Part shown: in pieces, positions 49,595 through 62,286 of the stretch | Position numbering within the stretch: position 1 is the stretch's first letter | Layout of the letters: the number at the start of each line of letters is the position of its first letter | Source: Mobula hypostoma | Taxonomy: Eukaryota | Reading direction: 5' to 3' | DNA length: 64,000 nucleotides | Assembly (NCBI RefSeq): GCF_963921235.1 | Contig: NC_086108.1 | Coordinates: 109,060,001 to 109,124,000 of the forward strand | Notes under the pieces: model-generated | What the model was told of the DNA's origin: nothing | The model's database searches: none | Seen by the model: the letters and a program-made list of their open reading frames with translations, nothing else | Translations under genes and position numbers: made by a program

Positions 49595-49839
49595 GTTCCT
49601 TGAAGTTCTATAATTAATTATACATCCTGCGGAGGGCTGTAATATGCCTAGATGCGTCTACACAGGAAGAAGAAGAAGAAGAAGAAGAAGAAGAAACAAC
49701 AACAACATCGGAGTACTCAGTAACACAGGGGCCAGAGTAAAGCAGGAGCGAGGACAGGAGCACATGGCAATACAGAACCACAGACTGACAGCTAAGGGGA
49801 AACACACAAAAAGACAGAGTTCAGCTGGAGGTACTGACA

Positions 49840-50182
49840 CATGGAGAGGAAGTTTCCTAGAGCAGGAGAGTCTAGGACAATAGAGCAAAGCTTCAGAATA
49901 AAAGAATGTCCCTTTAGAACTGAGATGAGGAGGGATGTCTTTAGCCAGAGTGGTGAATCTGCGCAAATCAGTGTCAGAGATTACTGTAGAGGGCAAGTCA
50001 TTGGGTATATTTAAAGTTGAGGTTGATAGGTTCTTCATTAGGAAGGTCAAAGTTTATGGGGAGAGAACAAGAGAATTGGGTTGAGAGGGGTAATAAATCA
50101 GGCATGGTGGAATGGCTGTGTAGATCTGATGGGTTGAATGGTCTAATTTTGCTCCTATTGTATGTATTATAGTCTTATGGTA
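49840..50182 (+). mobile_element. CR1 3' fragment that hosts Gypsy 2 (continues from about 37555-37605)
   Basis: Removing 37606-49839 and one CATGG restores continuous CR1 C-terminal sequence. Confidence 0.85.
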
Positions 50183-51464
50183 TTAATAAATAAAATAATA
50201 AATACAGTGATGAGCATAAAACAACAGAATGGTGAAAATTAAGCTAATGCAAAGTGAGGTAGTGCATAAAAAATATTGCTTGTAGTTCTGGTCACCCATG
50301 ACAGGAAGGATGTGGAGGCTTTGAAGAGAGTGCAGAAGAGGTTCAACAAGATGTTGGCTGGTTTAGATTGTATGAACTTTAAGGAGAAGTTGGACAAACC
50401 TGGGTTCTTTTCTCTAGAGCAACAGAGGCTGGGGAGCAACCTGATAGAAATTTGTAAAATAGTGAGAGGTCAAGAAAGAAATTGTCTTCCCAGGATAGAA
50501 ATCCCAGGTATGAGAGGGCACAGCTTTAAGGCAAGAGGGAGAAGGGAGATGTATGAAGAATGATTTTCTGAGAGGCATAGATAGAGTGGACAGCCAGTAT
50601 CTTGTTCCGTTGGTCAGAAAGTCTAATACTAGAAAGCATGCATTTAAGGGGACTGGAGAAGAGTTTAAAGAAGCAGTGTGAGAGAAAGGTATTATGATTA
50701 TGAAGACACGTAGTCCTCTTTTATTGTCATTTAGTAATGCATGCATTAAGAGATGATACAATATTTCCTCCAGTGTGATATCACAAAACGCAGGACAGAC
50801 CAAGACTGAAAAAACTGGCAAAAACCACTTAATTATAACATATGGTTACAAACAGTGTAACAATACCATAACTTGATGAAGAAGTCAGTGAGCACAGTAA
50901 AGTTCAAAGTTTCTCAAATGTCCCACATCTCATGTAGACGGGAGAAGGAAGAAAAACTCTCCCTGCCAAGCCAACCACAATCCGACTCTGAGTCATCCGA
51001 AAACTTTGAGCTCTAATGAGCTCTCCGACACTAAGTACTGAGTGCCATCTCTGTCCGAATGATTCGACCTCCTTCTCGGTCGCCAAAAGGAGGCAAGGCC
51101 AGGGATTTTGAGGCCTACCCGCTGAAAGGTTCCCAACCACACAGTAACGACAGCAGCGAACGGGCGTTTCAGAAATTTCTCCAGATGTTCCTCTGTGCTT
51201 TCACGTCCATTCTCCATCAAATCAGAATTGTCCATGGCCCCTATTTAACAGATATGATATCATTTTTCACTGGAGGGCTGCGCACGCAGAAAGTGATAGC
51301 TGCCTGGGGAGGGGGTGGAAGTAGATATGATAGTGGTCAGAATCAGAATCAGATTTAAAATCATTGGCATATGTCATGAAATTTCTCACTGTGTGGCAGA
51401 AGTACAATGCAATACATCATTATCAAAACTGTAAATCGTGGTAAGAAATATATATATCAAATAA

Positions 51465-51770
51465 AGGCATCCGTTAATCTTGCGAGACCATGGATCTGCG
51501 CCTGGAAATTCTTCACTCTCCAGGGCGCAGGCCTGGGCAAGGTTGTATGGAAGACCAGCAGTTGCCCATGCTGCAAGTCTCCCCTCTCCACAACACCAAT
51601 GTTGTCCAAGGGAAGGGCATTAGGACCCATACAGCTTGGCACCATTGTCGTCGCAGAGCAATGTGTGATTAAGTGCCTTGCCCAAGGACACAACACGCTG
51701 CCTTGGCTGGGGCTCGAACTCACGACCCTCAGATCGCTAGTCGAATGCCTTAACTGGCCACGTGCCCACA
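51465..51770 (-). mobile_element. tRNA-derived CORE-like SINE with RTE-type tail
   Basis: Minus strand: tRNA-like head with B box GAGTTCGAGCC, then GTGTCCTTGGGCAAGGCACTTAA. Confidence 0.72.
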
Positions 51771-54149
51771 CTATATATATATTATATTATATATTATATA
51801 AAAGTTAAGTAGTGCAAAAAGAGAAAAAATGTAGAGAGGTAGTGTTCATGGGTTCAATGTCCATTCAGAAATTAGATGGTGGAGTGGAAGCAGCTGCTCC
51901 TGAATCGCTGGGTGTGTGCTTTCTGGTCCCTGTACCTCCTCCCTGATGGTAGCAACGAGAAGGGGACACGTCCTGGGTGATGGGGGTCCTTAATACCTTT
52001 TTGAGACACCGCTCCTAGACAAAGTCCTGGACGCTGAGGAGACTAGTGCCCATGATGGAGCTGACTGTCTCCAACTTACTGCAGCTTATTTTGATCCTGT
52101 GAAGTGCCCCCCTCCGCCCACCTGCCCGCCGTATCAGACGATGATGCAGCCAGTTAGAATGTTCTCCACAGCACCTCTGTAGAAATTTGCCGATGTTGAA
52201 GAGGTTGTCAGACAGATACGTAACCGAGAGTGGAGAGGAGCGATATGGATTGTGTACAGGCAGAAGGAATTACAAAGTGCAAAGTCCAATGTAAATTTAT
52301 TGTCAAAGTACATACATGTCACCAGGTACTATACCCACCTGAGATTTATTTCTTACAGGTATTTACAGTAGAACAAAGAAACACGATAGAATCAATGAAG
52401 AACTGCACACAAACAAGGCAGATATTGTGGACTGAAGAGTCTGTTCCTGTGCTGTACTTGTTCTATGTTCTAAGCACTTTGTTCCTTATGAGAGGGATTG
52501 CTACAAGTCCTTCCCTCTTATGTGAAACATACCCATCTGTTACCCTTAAATTATTTGCAATGTCCTCCACTCTAACAAAAGAAGAATTGCTTTAACCTGT
52601 CTAGAATTACCTTGTTTTCCATTATTAACTCCTCGGTTCCACTCTCCAGAGAACCCACACTTACCCTCTTCCTTTATACATCTCCATTCAAGCTCATGCT
52701 TTTGTTTAGATACCATCTGTCAGATTACCCACATAATCAATCTTCTCCTTCCTCACTGGCTTTTTAGCTCCCCTTTGCTGGTTCTTGATAAATTCCCAGT
52801 CCCTCGGTCTACCATTTTGTAAGCTCTGGCTCCTGGTTAGTATCTTCCTTGATCTCTTCTGTTCACAACAGATTGTTCATCTTTCTGATTGGGATAAATT
52901 TCTACTGAGGATAAAACCAAACGAATTGTAAACGTTTCAAGACAAAAGCTGCATCTGCTCTACTATAAAATCATGGACAGTTTATTTGTTTATCAACCTC
53001 ATTCTTCTGCCTTCCCACTGTAACCACATGACTACGAGACACTGGAACAGAATTAGGCCATTCAGCCCATCGAATATGTGCCATCAGACCAATGATTTGC
53101 CCCCACAGCTATCTGAGGCAATGAATTCCACAGATTCATTACCCTCAGGGTACAGAAATTCTTGCTCATCTCTGGTGACTGGTGATCGCAATGATGTATT
53201 CATTGAATAATTTCCATGCAAAGAAACACAGGAGGCTGCAAAGGGTAGTGGGCACAGCACTCCCCACTGACAGCATCTACAGGAGACACTGCCTCCAGAA
53301 GGTGATATCCATCATCAAAGTTCTCCATCAGTCTGGTCAACTTTTCCTTCAGACATTTAGAATTTGATTTAGATTAGATTATGAGAACACTCAGTCCTCT
53401 TTTATTGTCTTTTAGAAATGCATACATGCATTAAGAAATGATACAATGTTTCTCCACAGTGATATCACAGAAAACAGGACAAACCAAAGACTAACACTGA
53501 CAGAACCACATAATTATAACATATAGTTACAGCAGTGCAGAGCAATACCATAATTTGATGAACAATAAACCATGGGCACGGTAAATCTTCCTTACCCTCT
53601 TCCTTTGTATCTTTATAAAGTTAAAGTCTCAAAAGTCCCCAAGTCAATCGACTTCTGAGTCCCCAATAGCAGGCGGCAAAAGGGAGAAACTCCCTGCCAT
53701 AAACCTCCAGGCACCGTCAACTTGCTGATGCCTTGGAAGCAGCCGACCACAGCCAACACTGAGTCCATCCATCCGAAAACTTTGAGCTTCCGACCAGCCC
53801 CTCCAATACAGCCTCCCGAGCGCCATCCTCTGCCGAGCGCCTTCGACCTCGCCCCTGCCGCTGAAACACGCAAAGCCGAGGTTTTCAGGGCCTTCTGCTC
53901 CGGAGATTCTGGTTACCACACAGTAGCAGTGGCAGCGAAGCGGGCATTTCAGAAGTTTTCCAGATGTTCCTTCATACTCTCACGTCCGTCTCCATCAAAT
54001 CAGAATTGTGCACGGTCCCCTACTTGACAGATAACAGACATCACCACCGAAGTGGCCACGCGCGCTGCCCTCGCGTCACCATCTCCTCCTCCTTGTTGTA
54101 ATATAGGACACTGTTCTGGGGCATGAAGCTGTTGCTTTCAAATTATGTG

Positions 54150-54695
54150 CACCCAGTGGCCACTATATTAGGTACAACTGTACACCCACACTTTAATGCA
54201 AATATCAAATCAGACAAACATGTAGCAGCAACTCAATGCATAAAAGCACGTAGGCATGGTCAAGAGGTTCAATTGTTGCTCAGACCAAACATCAGAATGG
54301 GGAGGGAATGTGATCGCAATGATTTTGACCGTGGAATGATTGTTGGTGCCAGATGGGATGGTTTGAGTATCTTAGAAACTGCTGATATCCTGGGATTTTC
54401 ACACAGAGAATGGTGAGAAAAACAAAAAAAAACATCCAGTGAGTTGCAGTTCTATGGGTAAAAATGCCTTGTTGATGAGGGAGGTCAGAGGAGAATGGCC
54501 AGACTGGTTCCAGCTAACAGGAAGGTGACAGTAACACAAATAACCATGCTTTACAACAGTGGTGTGCAGAAGAACATCTCTGAATGCACAACACATCAAA
54601 CCTTGAAGCAGATGGACTACAGCAGCAGAAGACCGCACATGTACACCCAGTGGCCACCAGTGGTACAGGTGGTTATTAGTAAAGTGGCCAGTGTG
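54150..54695 (+). mobile_element. Non-autonomous Tc1 derivative, second copy
   Basis: TIR CACCCAGTGGCCACTATATTAGG; transposase N-terminus (MGRECDRNDFDRGMIVGAR); collinear with 33267-33817. Confidence 0.87.
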
Positions 54696-55164
54696 TATTC
54701 ATCTGGAATTCTACCATCCAACAGCTGAGAGGATTCTTAATCACAATAGCACAGCAGCGTAGCAGTTAGCACAGTTGCTTCACAGCACCAGTGATGACCA
54801 ATCAGCCATGTCCACCGCTGTCTGTAAGAAGTTTGTACGTCCTCCCATTGACCGCTTAGGTCTCCTCCAGGTGCTGCGGTTTCCACCCACATTCCAGCGA
54901 TACACAGGTAGGTGTGGGCATGCAATGTTGACACTGGAGGCATGGTGGTGCATGATGGTCATTGATACAATTGACATATTTCACCGTAGGTTCCCATGTT
55001 TCGACGTACATATGACTAATCTTCTCATCTTATTCAAGCACAAAGGTAAACAATAACAGAACGCAGAATAAAGTGTGACAGCTACAGAGAAATTGCAGTG
55101 CAGGAAGACAATAAGGTCGAAGATCATAACGAGATATATTGTGAGCTTAAGAGTCCCATCTATC

Positions 55165-55715
55165 ATACTCCACATATCCATCATGGCTGATTAATTATCC
55201 CTCTCAAATCCATTCTCCTGCCTTCTTCCCATAACCTTTGACACCCTTACTAATCAAGAACCTATCATCCTCTGATTCAAAAATAACCAATGACTTGGCC
55301 TCCACAGCTGCCTGTGGAAAAGACTCCCACATATTCACTGCCTTCCTGCAAGAAATTCCTCCTCATCTCTGATCTATAAGGATGTCCCCCTTTTCTGAAG
55401 CTGACCCTTCTGTTCCTCGATCCCCCACCACAGGAACCATCCTCTCCACATCCATTCTACTTAGGCTATACAATATTTGATAGGTTTCAGTGAGATTCTC
55501 TCTTATTCTTCAAAACTGCAGCGAGCACAGGCCCAGAGCCATCAAATGTTCCTCATGCGTTAAACCTTTCATTCCCAGAATCATTCTCGCGAACCTCCTC
55601 TGGACCCTCTCCAATGCCAGCACATCCTTTCTTAGATAAAGGACCCAAAACTGCTCACAATACTCCAAATATGATCTGACCAATGCCTTATAAAGCCTCA
55701 GCATTAGATCCTATT
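55165..55715 (-). mobile_element. CR1 3' fragment
   Basis: ORF 55510-55704 (LYKALVRSYLEYCEQFW, ERVQRRF). Confidence 0.88.
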
Positions 55716-57079
55716 TTTTTACATTCTTGGTCCTCAGAAAAAAATACTAAAGGCTCAGTTAAGTCTCGGTTTAGTCAGTCACAACAGGCACCAGGGAACC
55801 AACTAACCAAATTAACACAGACTGAAGCAGATTAAAACAGTCATTTTTATAGCATCCTTTCACAGGTTTCTCTCATTGATCAGTTATTTACTTTCCACTT
55901 CTGTGCATAGTTTTCCCTGAGGAGTGTGATGGAGAGGCTTGTAAGTTCCTGAGATCTAGAGAGTGTTGCCATCTGAAGCTTAGCTACTGGTAGGGTCACA
56001 CATGAGATCAAGAGGACAAAGTTCCAAGTAAATTTTATTATCACAGTACATAAATGTTACTGTATACAGTACAGCACTGAGATTCATTTTTTGTGGGCAT
56101 ACTCGACAAATCTATAGAATACCAGGATCAATGGTAGATCAACCAGGGAGCAGAAGACAACAAACAGGGAAAATACAAATATAAGAAAATACCGATAAAT
56201 AATGATCACATGAGATAATGAGATAAAGAGCCCATAAAAGTGAGATAATTGGTTGTAGGAACGTTTCAATGATGGGGAAAGTGAGTGTAGCTATTCACTT
56301 TTTATCAAGAGCCTGATGGCTGAGGGGTAGTAACTGTTCTTGAACCTGGTGGTGCGAATCCTGAGGCTCTTGGACCTTCTACCTGATGGCAGCAATGAGA
56401 AGAACATTCCAACCAAGGGCTCAGCGGTGAAGCTGGTGGAAGATGATGTCACATCACAATGTCAGTGAAGGCAGAGGAAGGTTGCAACAGTGAAGGGTCC
56501 CCTGTCATCTTGTACTCCATGCCACTGGACCCTGAACGTGGTCCATCAGGGATCGCGTGGTGTTTGCTCATGCTTCATACAGCCTCCCTATATTAAACAA
56601 AGCTGCGCACAGGTATTCTCCATTAAGGGAATGACCCCTCAGGAGAACATCGTACTCAATTCAAGTGATCTCAATAGTACAAGTGTTTGACCTGTCACTT
56701 GTTATGCGTGAATTAATAAGTACGCTTTATGTATCCAGCTCCCACTTAACTTCACACCTTTCATTTCTGATGCAAAATTAATAACCCAAATGGATAATAT
56801 CAGACTTTTACAATGATTTGGAAACGCTGAAATTTTTATAGGCTGTACCTGAGCAATGCACAGTATGATTTATTAATAGGACATAATCTGCATTTGTGAA
56901 ATGTTTATTTGCCCGTATTAGAAAATATTTCCAATGCGGTATGGGCTCTGTGGACAAGAAGTATATTGTAAACCTTGGAAGAAAACATTTGTATAAAGGA
57001 GTTACTACAGGCAAGGAATGGAAACAGTAGAAGATAACAAGAGATTGTTACATCCTTGATTATACTAACTTACAGACTG

Positions 57080-57495
57080 AGACTTACTGTCCATTACACC
57101 ACTGGAGTTTAGGGCAGCAATGAAGGTCCTCCATCTCTGGTGGTGTTCAAGGCTTCCTTCACCATATCAGTAGTTTCCTTTTGGTTTTCATTACTATTAG
57201 TTATGCAAGTCCCGTGTGGATGCTCAGGGATACTGTCGCACTCAGATGTAGAAAGGCTCTTCGTTGCTGTTTCCATAATAATTTTGTTTTACCAGTCAGG
57301 GCTGTGAGCCCTCAGCTGACTCCGGAACCTGGAGGACCGGAGGGCCACTCTTAGTCTGGCCTCTACCCTTTGACCTGTTTGGCATGGGTGACCTACTAAG
57401 AGCCAAAGCATAAAGCCCTGACTCCAGCCAGCATAGCTCTCTGGGTCATTGAGGCACAAAAGCCTGTAAACCATGTGATAAGGTTGTGGTCCTCT
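57080..57495 (-). mobile_element. Non-autonomous RTE-type (Rex3/Expander-like) element, 5' UTR joined to 3' end
   Basis: Resembles the Expander-type 5' UTR (CAATGACCCAGAGAGCTATG, CCCATGCCAAACAGGTC) and RTE 3' end; recognition from memory only. Confidence 0.55.
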
Positions 57496-58209
57496 ACGAG
57501 AGTTTGCCTATAAATTAGAAGATAAAATATCTACTACAGACAAAGAATGGTAGGTGTAGAACATAGCAGGAGATTGTAACTGCCTTCGTTACACTAACCT
57601 AGAGGGAAATGGAAATGTATGTTTGCTTACTTGTATGCCACATTATTTTATCCTTTACTCAACCAGAATACCCCTCAGGTTAACCAGAACTGCTCAACCA
57701 AAAGCAGATAAACTCAACAAATACATGATTTGAGTATGGTACAGAGATGATGGAGTAAGTTAGAGAAATCTGAGAGCTTAGTGACATTGTGTCATAACAA
57801 CAATCATACTCATGTCAATGCCAACAAAAAAAACAGCTGGCCAGTGAGCTCACATGCTCCTGTCTACATCAACAGTGCTGAGGTTGGGAGGGCTGAGAGC
57901 TCAGGTTTCTAGGAGTGAACATTAACAATAGATTGTCCTGCCCAACCACATCGATGTCATGGCATCACAGAAGATAGCGACGTAAAGAGATCTTTTGGCA
58001 CATTGACCACCATAGCTTAAAGTATTGAGTACATGAGTTGGGATGTTAGGTTCAAAGTTCAAAGTAAATTTATTATCAAATTACATATATGTCACCATAT
58101 ACAACCCTGAGATCTATTTTCTTGTGGGAATTCATAGTGAATCCAAAAAACATGATAGAATCAATGGGAGTTCACCCAACAGGATGAACAAGCAACCAAT
58201 ATGCAAGAA

Positions 58210-59582
58210 CATAGAACATAGAATAGTACAGCACAGTACAGGCCCTTCGGCCCACAATGTTGTGCCTCCCATGTAACCCCCCATCTTAAGTTCCTCCATA
58301 TACTTGTCTAGTAGTCTCTTAAACTTCACTAGTGTATCTGCCTCCACCACTGACTCAGGCAGTGCATTCCACGCACCAACCACTCTCTGAGTAAAAAACC
58401 TTCTTCTAATATCCCCCTTGAACTTCCCACCCCTTACCTTAAAGCCATATCCTCTTGTATTGAGCAGTGGTGCCCTGGGGAAGAGGCGCTGGCTATCCAC
58501 TCTATCTATTCCTCTTATTATCTTGTACACCTCTATCATGTCTCCTCTCCTCCTCCTTCTCTCCAGAGAGTAAAGCCCTAGCTCCCTTAATCTCTGATCA
58601 TAATGTATGTTCTCTAAACCAGGCAGCATCCTGGTAAATCTCCTCTGTACCCTTTCCAATGCTTCCACATCCTTCCTATAGTGAGGTGACCAGAACTGGG
58701 CACAGTACTCCAAGTGTGGCCTAACCAGAGTTTTATAGAGCTGCATCATTACATCGTGACTCTTAAACTCTGTCCCTCGACTTATGAAAGCTAACTCCCC
58801 ATAAGCTTTCTTAACTACCCTATCTACCTGTGAGGCAACTTTCAGGGATCTGTGGACATGTACCCTGAGATCCCTCTGCTCCTCCACACTACCAAGTATC
58901 CTGCCATTTACTTTGTACTCTGCCTTGGAGTTTGTCCTTCCAAAGTGTACCACCTCACACTTCTCCGGGTTGAACTCCATCTGCCATTTCTCAGCCTACT
59001 TCTGCATCCTATCAATGTCTCTCTGCAATCTTTGACAATCCTCTACACTACCTACACCACCACCAACCTTTGTGTCGTCTGCAAACTTGCCAACCCACTC
59101 TTCTACCCCCACATCCAGGTCGTTAATAAAAATCACAAAAAGTAGAGGTCCCAGGACAGATCCTTGTGGGACACCACTAGTCACAATCCTCCAATCTGAA
59201 TGTACTCCCTCCACCATGACCCTCTACCTTCTGCAGGCAAGCCAATTCTGAATCCACCTGGCCAAACTTCCCTGGATCCCATGCCTTCTGACTTTCTGAA
59301 TAAGCCTACCATGTGGAACCTTGTCAAATGCCTTACTAAAATCCATATAGATCACATCCACTGCACTACCCTCATCTATATGCCTGGTCACCTCCTCAAA
59401 GAACTCTTATCAGGCTTGTTAGACACTACCTGCCCTTCACAAAGCTATGCTGACTGTCCCTGATCAGACCATGATTCTCTAAATGCCCATAGATCCTGTC
59501 TCTAAGAATCTTTTCCAACAGCTTTCTCACCACAGACGTAAGGCTCACTGGTCTATAATTACCCGGACTATCCCTACTACCT
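58210..59582 (-). mobile_element. CR1 LINE, 5'-truncated
   Basis: ORFs 58996-59217 (FADD) and 58132-58980; (AGAACAT)n tail. Confidence 0.96.
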
Positions 59583-60067
59583 TATACAATCCTGAGATCT
59601 ATTTTCTTGTGGGAATCCAAAAAATCATAATAGAATCAATGAGATTGCACCCAGTAGGATGAACAAGCAACTAATATGCAAGAAAAAACAACAAACTGTG
59701 CAAATCCAAACAGATAAACTAATAATAATAAAAAATAAATATCACGAACATGAGAAGAAGGTTCCTTGAAAGTTGGTCTATAGATTATAGGAACATATCA
59801 GTGCTGGGCCAAGTGAAGTTGAGTGAAGTTATCCTCTCTGGTTCAAGAGGCTGATGGTTGAGGGGTAGTAACTGTTCCTGAACCTGGTGGTGTGAGTTAC
59901 GAGGGTACTGTACCTCCTTCCTGATGGTAGCTATGAAAAGACGCCATGGCCAGGGCCGTGGGGATCCTTGATGATGGACGTTGTTTTCCTGTGCCAGCAC
60001 ACCGTGCAGATGTGCTCAGTGGTGGGGAGAGCTTTGCCTGTGATGGACTGGTCTGTATCCACTACTG

Positions 60068-60625
60068 TGTTGAAGTTGTATGAGACAACAGTGAGGTCTA
60101 ATTTCGAAGACTGTATGCAGCTTTGGTCACCTACCTGGAAGATGTCAATAAGTTTGAAAGAGCATAGGGAAAATTTATAACAATCTTGCCAGGACCTCAG
60201 GACCTGAGTTACAGGGAAAGGTTGACCAGGTTTGGGCTTCATTCCCTGGAATGTAGTGAGATTTGATGCAAGTATATTTTACCAAATTATGAGGGGTATG
60301 GATAGGGTCAATGCAAGCAGGCTTTTTCCACTGAGGTTGGGTGAGACTGGAGCTAGAGGTCATGGGCTAAGGGTAAAAGGTGAAATGTTTAAGGAGGTCA
60401 TGAGGAGAACGTCTTCACTCAGAGGGTGGTGAGAGTGTGGAACGAGCTGCCAGTGCAAATGGAGGATGCAGGTTCGATTTCAACATTTAAGAGAAATTTG
60501 GTTAGGTACATGGATGGGAGGAGTATGAAGGGCTATGGCCAATTGAACTAGGCAGGTTAACAGTTCAGTATGCACTAGATGGGCCGAAGGGCCTGGTTCT
60601 ATTCTGTAATATTTTATGACTCTGT
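60068..60625 (+). mobile_element. Old CR1 3' fragment
   Basis: LKLYETTVRSNFEDCMQLWSP; RGHGLRVKG. Confidence 0.85.
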
Positions 60626-61566
60626 AAAACCTCACTGAAGTCTCTACTTCCTCATGAGGTTAAAGAAATTCAGTATGTCCCCATCAACTTTTTCCAATTT
60701 TTGTTGATGCACCATAGAATGCTTTCTTTCTGGATGCACAACAGCAACTGCTCTGCACGTGACCGTAAGAAACTGCAGAGAGTTGTGGACACTACCAATT
60801 CTTTGGCCTTGCTGAGAGTGCAAGGTTGTTGTACTTGACAAACTTTTTACTGTATCTTTGTACATGTGGCAATGATAAACCAATTCAATTCCATCTGCTA
60901 GTGGACTTTCTCTGAAGTGGAAAAACTTTCCTGGACTAGAGGGACCAGAGCTGTACACAATCATCCAGATATGGTCCAGGAAAGGGGCCATTTTCTTATC
61001 TCATCTGTGGGAGGTTATGTTAAAGTTGTACAAAGTGCTGGTTAGATTACACTTAAGGGATTGTAAACAAACTAAGCCCGTAGATGCTGGAAATCCAGAG
61101 CAACACACAAATTCTGAAGGAACTTAACAAGTCAGACAGCATGTATGGAAACAAATAAACTGTCGACCTTTTGGACCGAGAACGTTCTTCAGGGTGCCGG
61201 ACTGTGTGCAGTTCTGGTCATTATCCAGGTCATGCTCTCTTCTCACTACTACCATCGGGCAGGTGGTACTGTAGCCTTAGGTCCCATGTTGCCAGGTTCA
61301 GAAACAGTTAGTACCCTACAATCATCAGGCTCTTGAAGCGGTGTGGATAACTTCACTCCAGTTTTTGTTTGTGTTGAAGCTATTGTGACATCGGACAGTA
61401 CAACACAGTACAGGCCTTTCAGGCCATGATGTTTAGCTGATATTTATGCCAGTCTAATGCTTTCCTCCTGCATAGCCCTCAGTTTTTCTTTCATCCATGA
61501 GGACAGATACATCGATTGGAAGATTTTAAACACAGAACATTACCGCCCAGTATAGGCCCGTCTGCT

Positions 61567-62286
61567 TGTTGTGTATTTAATATCTCAGTAATACTTGAAT
61601 AATACTGTAAATATATTGTTTGATTAAGCATTCTTTGTTGTTTACATAATTCATTATGGGCTAAAGGGAACATTCGTGGGGACTTCTTCACACAGAGAGT
61701 GGTGGGAGTGTGGAGTGAGCTGTCAGATGAAGTGGTGAAGCACTTTCAATTACTCCAAAAGACTGAGGTTTGGTAAAATACTGAAAGGCTTTTATTCGCT
61801 ATACAATACGACCTCCACAGTGAGTGTCTGCCCCCGGACTGAGGGGGAGGGGCAAGGCGAACACCTTTATACAGGACTCTGTGGGAGGAGCCACAGGGCC
61901 AGTCAGCAGAGGGGTGTGTCCAGACAGGTAACCGAGTTACAACATATATACATGGTTTACCACAAGTGGTAAATGCGGGCTCACTTTTAACATTTAAGAA
62001 AAACTTGGACAGCTACATTGATGAGAGGTGTATGGAGGGATATGGTCCAGGTGTAGGCCAGTGGGACTAGGCAGAAAAATGGTTCGGCACAGACAAGAAG
62101 GGCCAAAAGGCCTGTTTCTGTGCTGTAATGTTCTATGGTTCTATGGTTCTAATGAATGGCATATGTTATGTTATGTAAATCCTCACTTCGCATAAATTAA
62201 AAAAACAAAAGCTAAGACACGTTCTCTGGGGGTCCCATGTTTTTGCTTCAATTAGTTTCATGTTTTGGAGTTAGGAAAACATAACA
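61567..62286 (+). repeat. Solo LTR related to 30953-31453, split by a CR1 (about 61662-62150)
   Basis: Begins TGTTGTGTATTTAATATCTC, ends CATAACA; shares AAGCATTCTTTGTTGTTTACATAAT with the Gypsy 3' LTR. Confidence 0.82.
61736..61964 (-). repeat. 229-bp solo LTR inside the nested CR1
   Basis: TG...CA termini; 5-bp TSD AGTGG at 61731-61735 and 61965-61969; TATAAA then AATAAA in order on the minus strand. Confidence 0.85.

Larger units (their letters stand above)
44458..49708 (+). mobile_element. Near full-length Nimb/I-group non-LTR retrotransposon in 5' LTR of Gypsy 2
   Basis: ORF1 and ORF2 with APE, RT, RNase H and CCHC; (GAA)n then (ACA)n tail; 7-bp TSD CGGAGTA at 44451-44457 and 49709-49715. 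Confidence 0.93.
37606..49839 (-). mobile_element. Gypsy LTR retrotransposon, Tf1/sushi chromovirus, decayed, with three nested insertions
   Basis: LTRs 37606-39676 and 44088-49839 (each split by a LINE); TSD CATGG at 37601-37605 and 49840-49844 within a CR1; PPT 39677-39691; gag, protease LLDSGAEG, RT, RNase [15 protein letters not shown], integrase, chromodomain end ERCWVPVHNILDP. Confidence 0.96.

Noticed and set aside
51700..51770. tRNA gene
   Set aside because: The tRNA-like head runs into a SINE body and forms no complete cloverleaf
57420..57495. HDV-like ribozyme in the RTE-type 5' UTR
   Set aside because: Such ribozymes are known in some RTE elements, but I could not assemble the nested pseudoknot from this decayed copy
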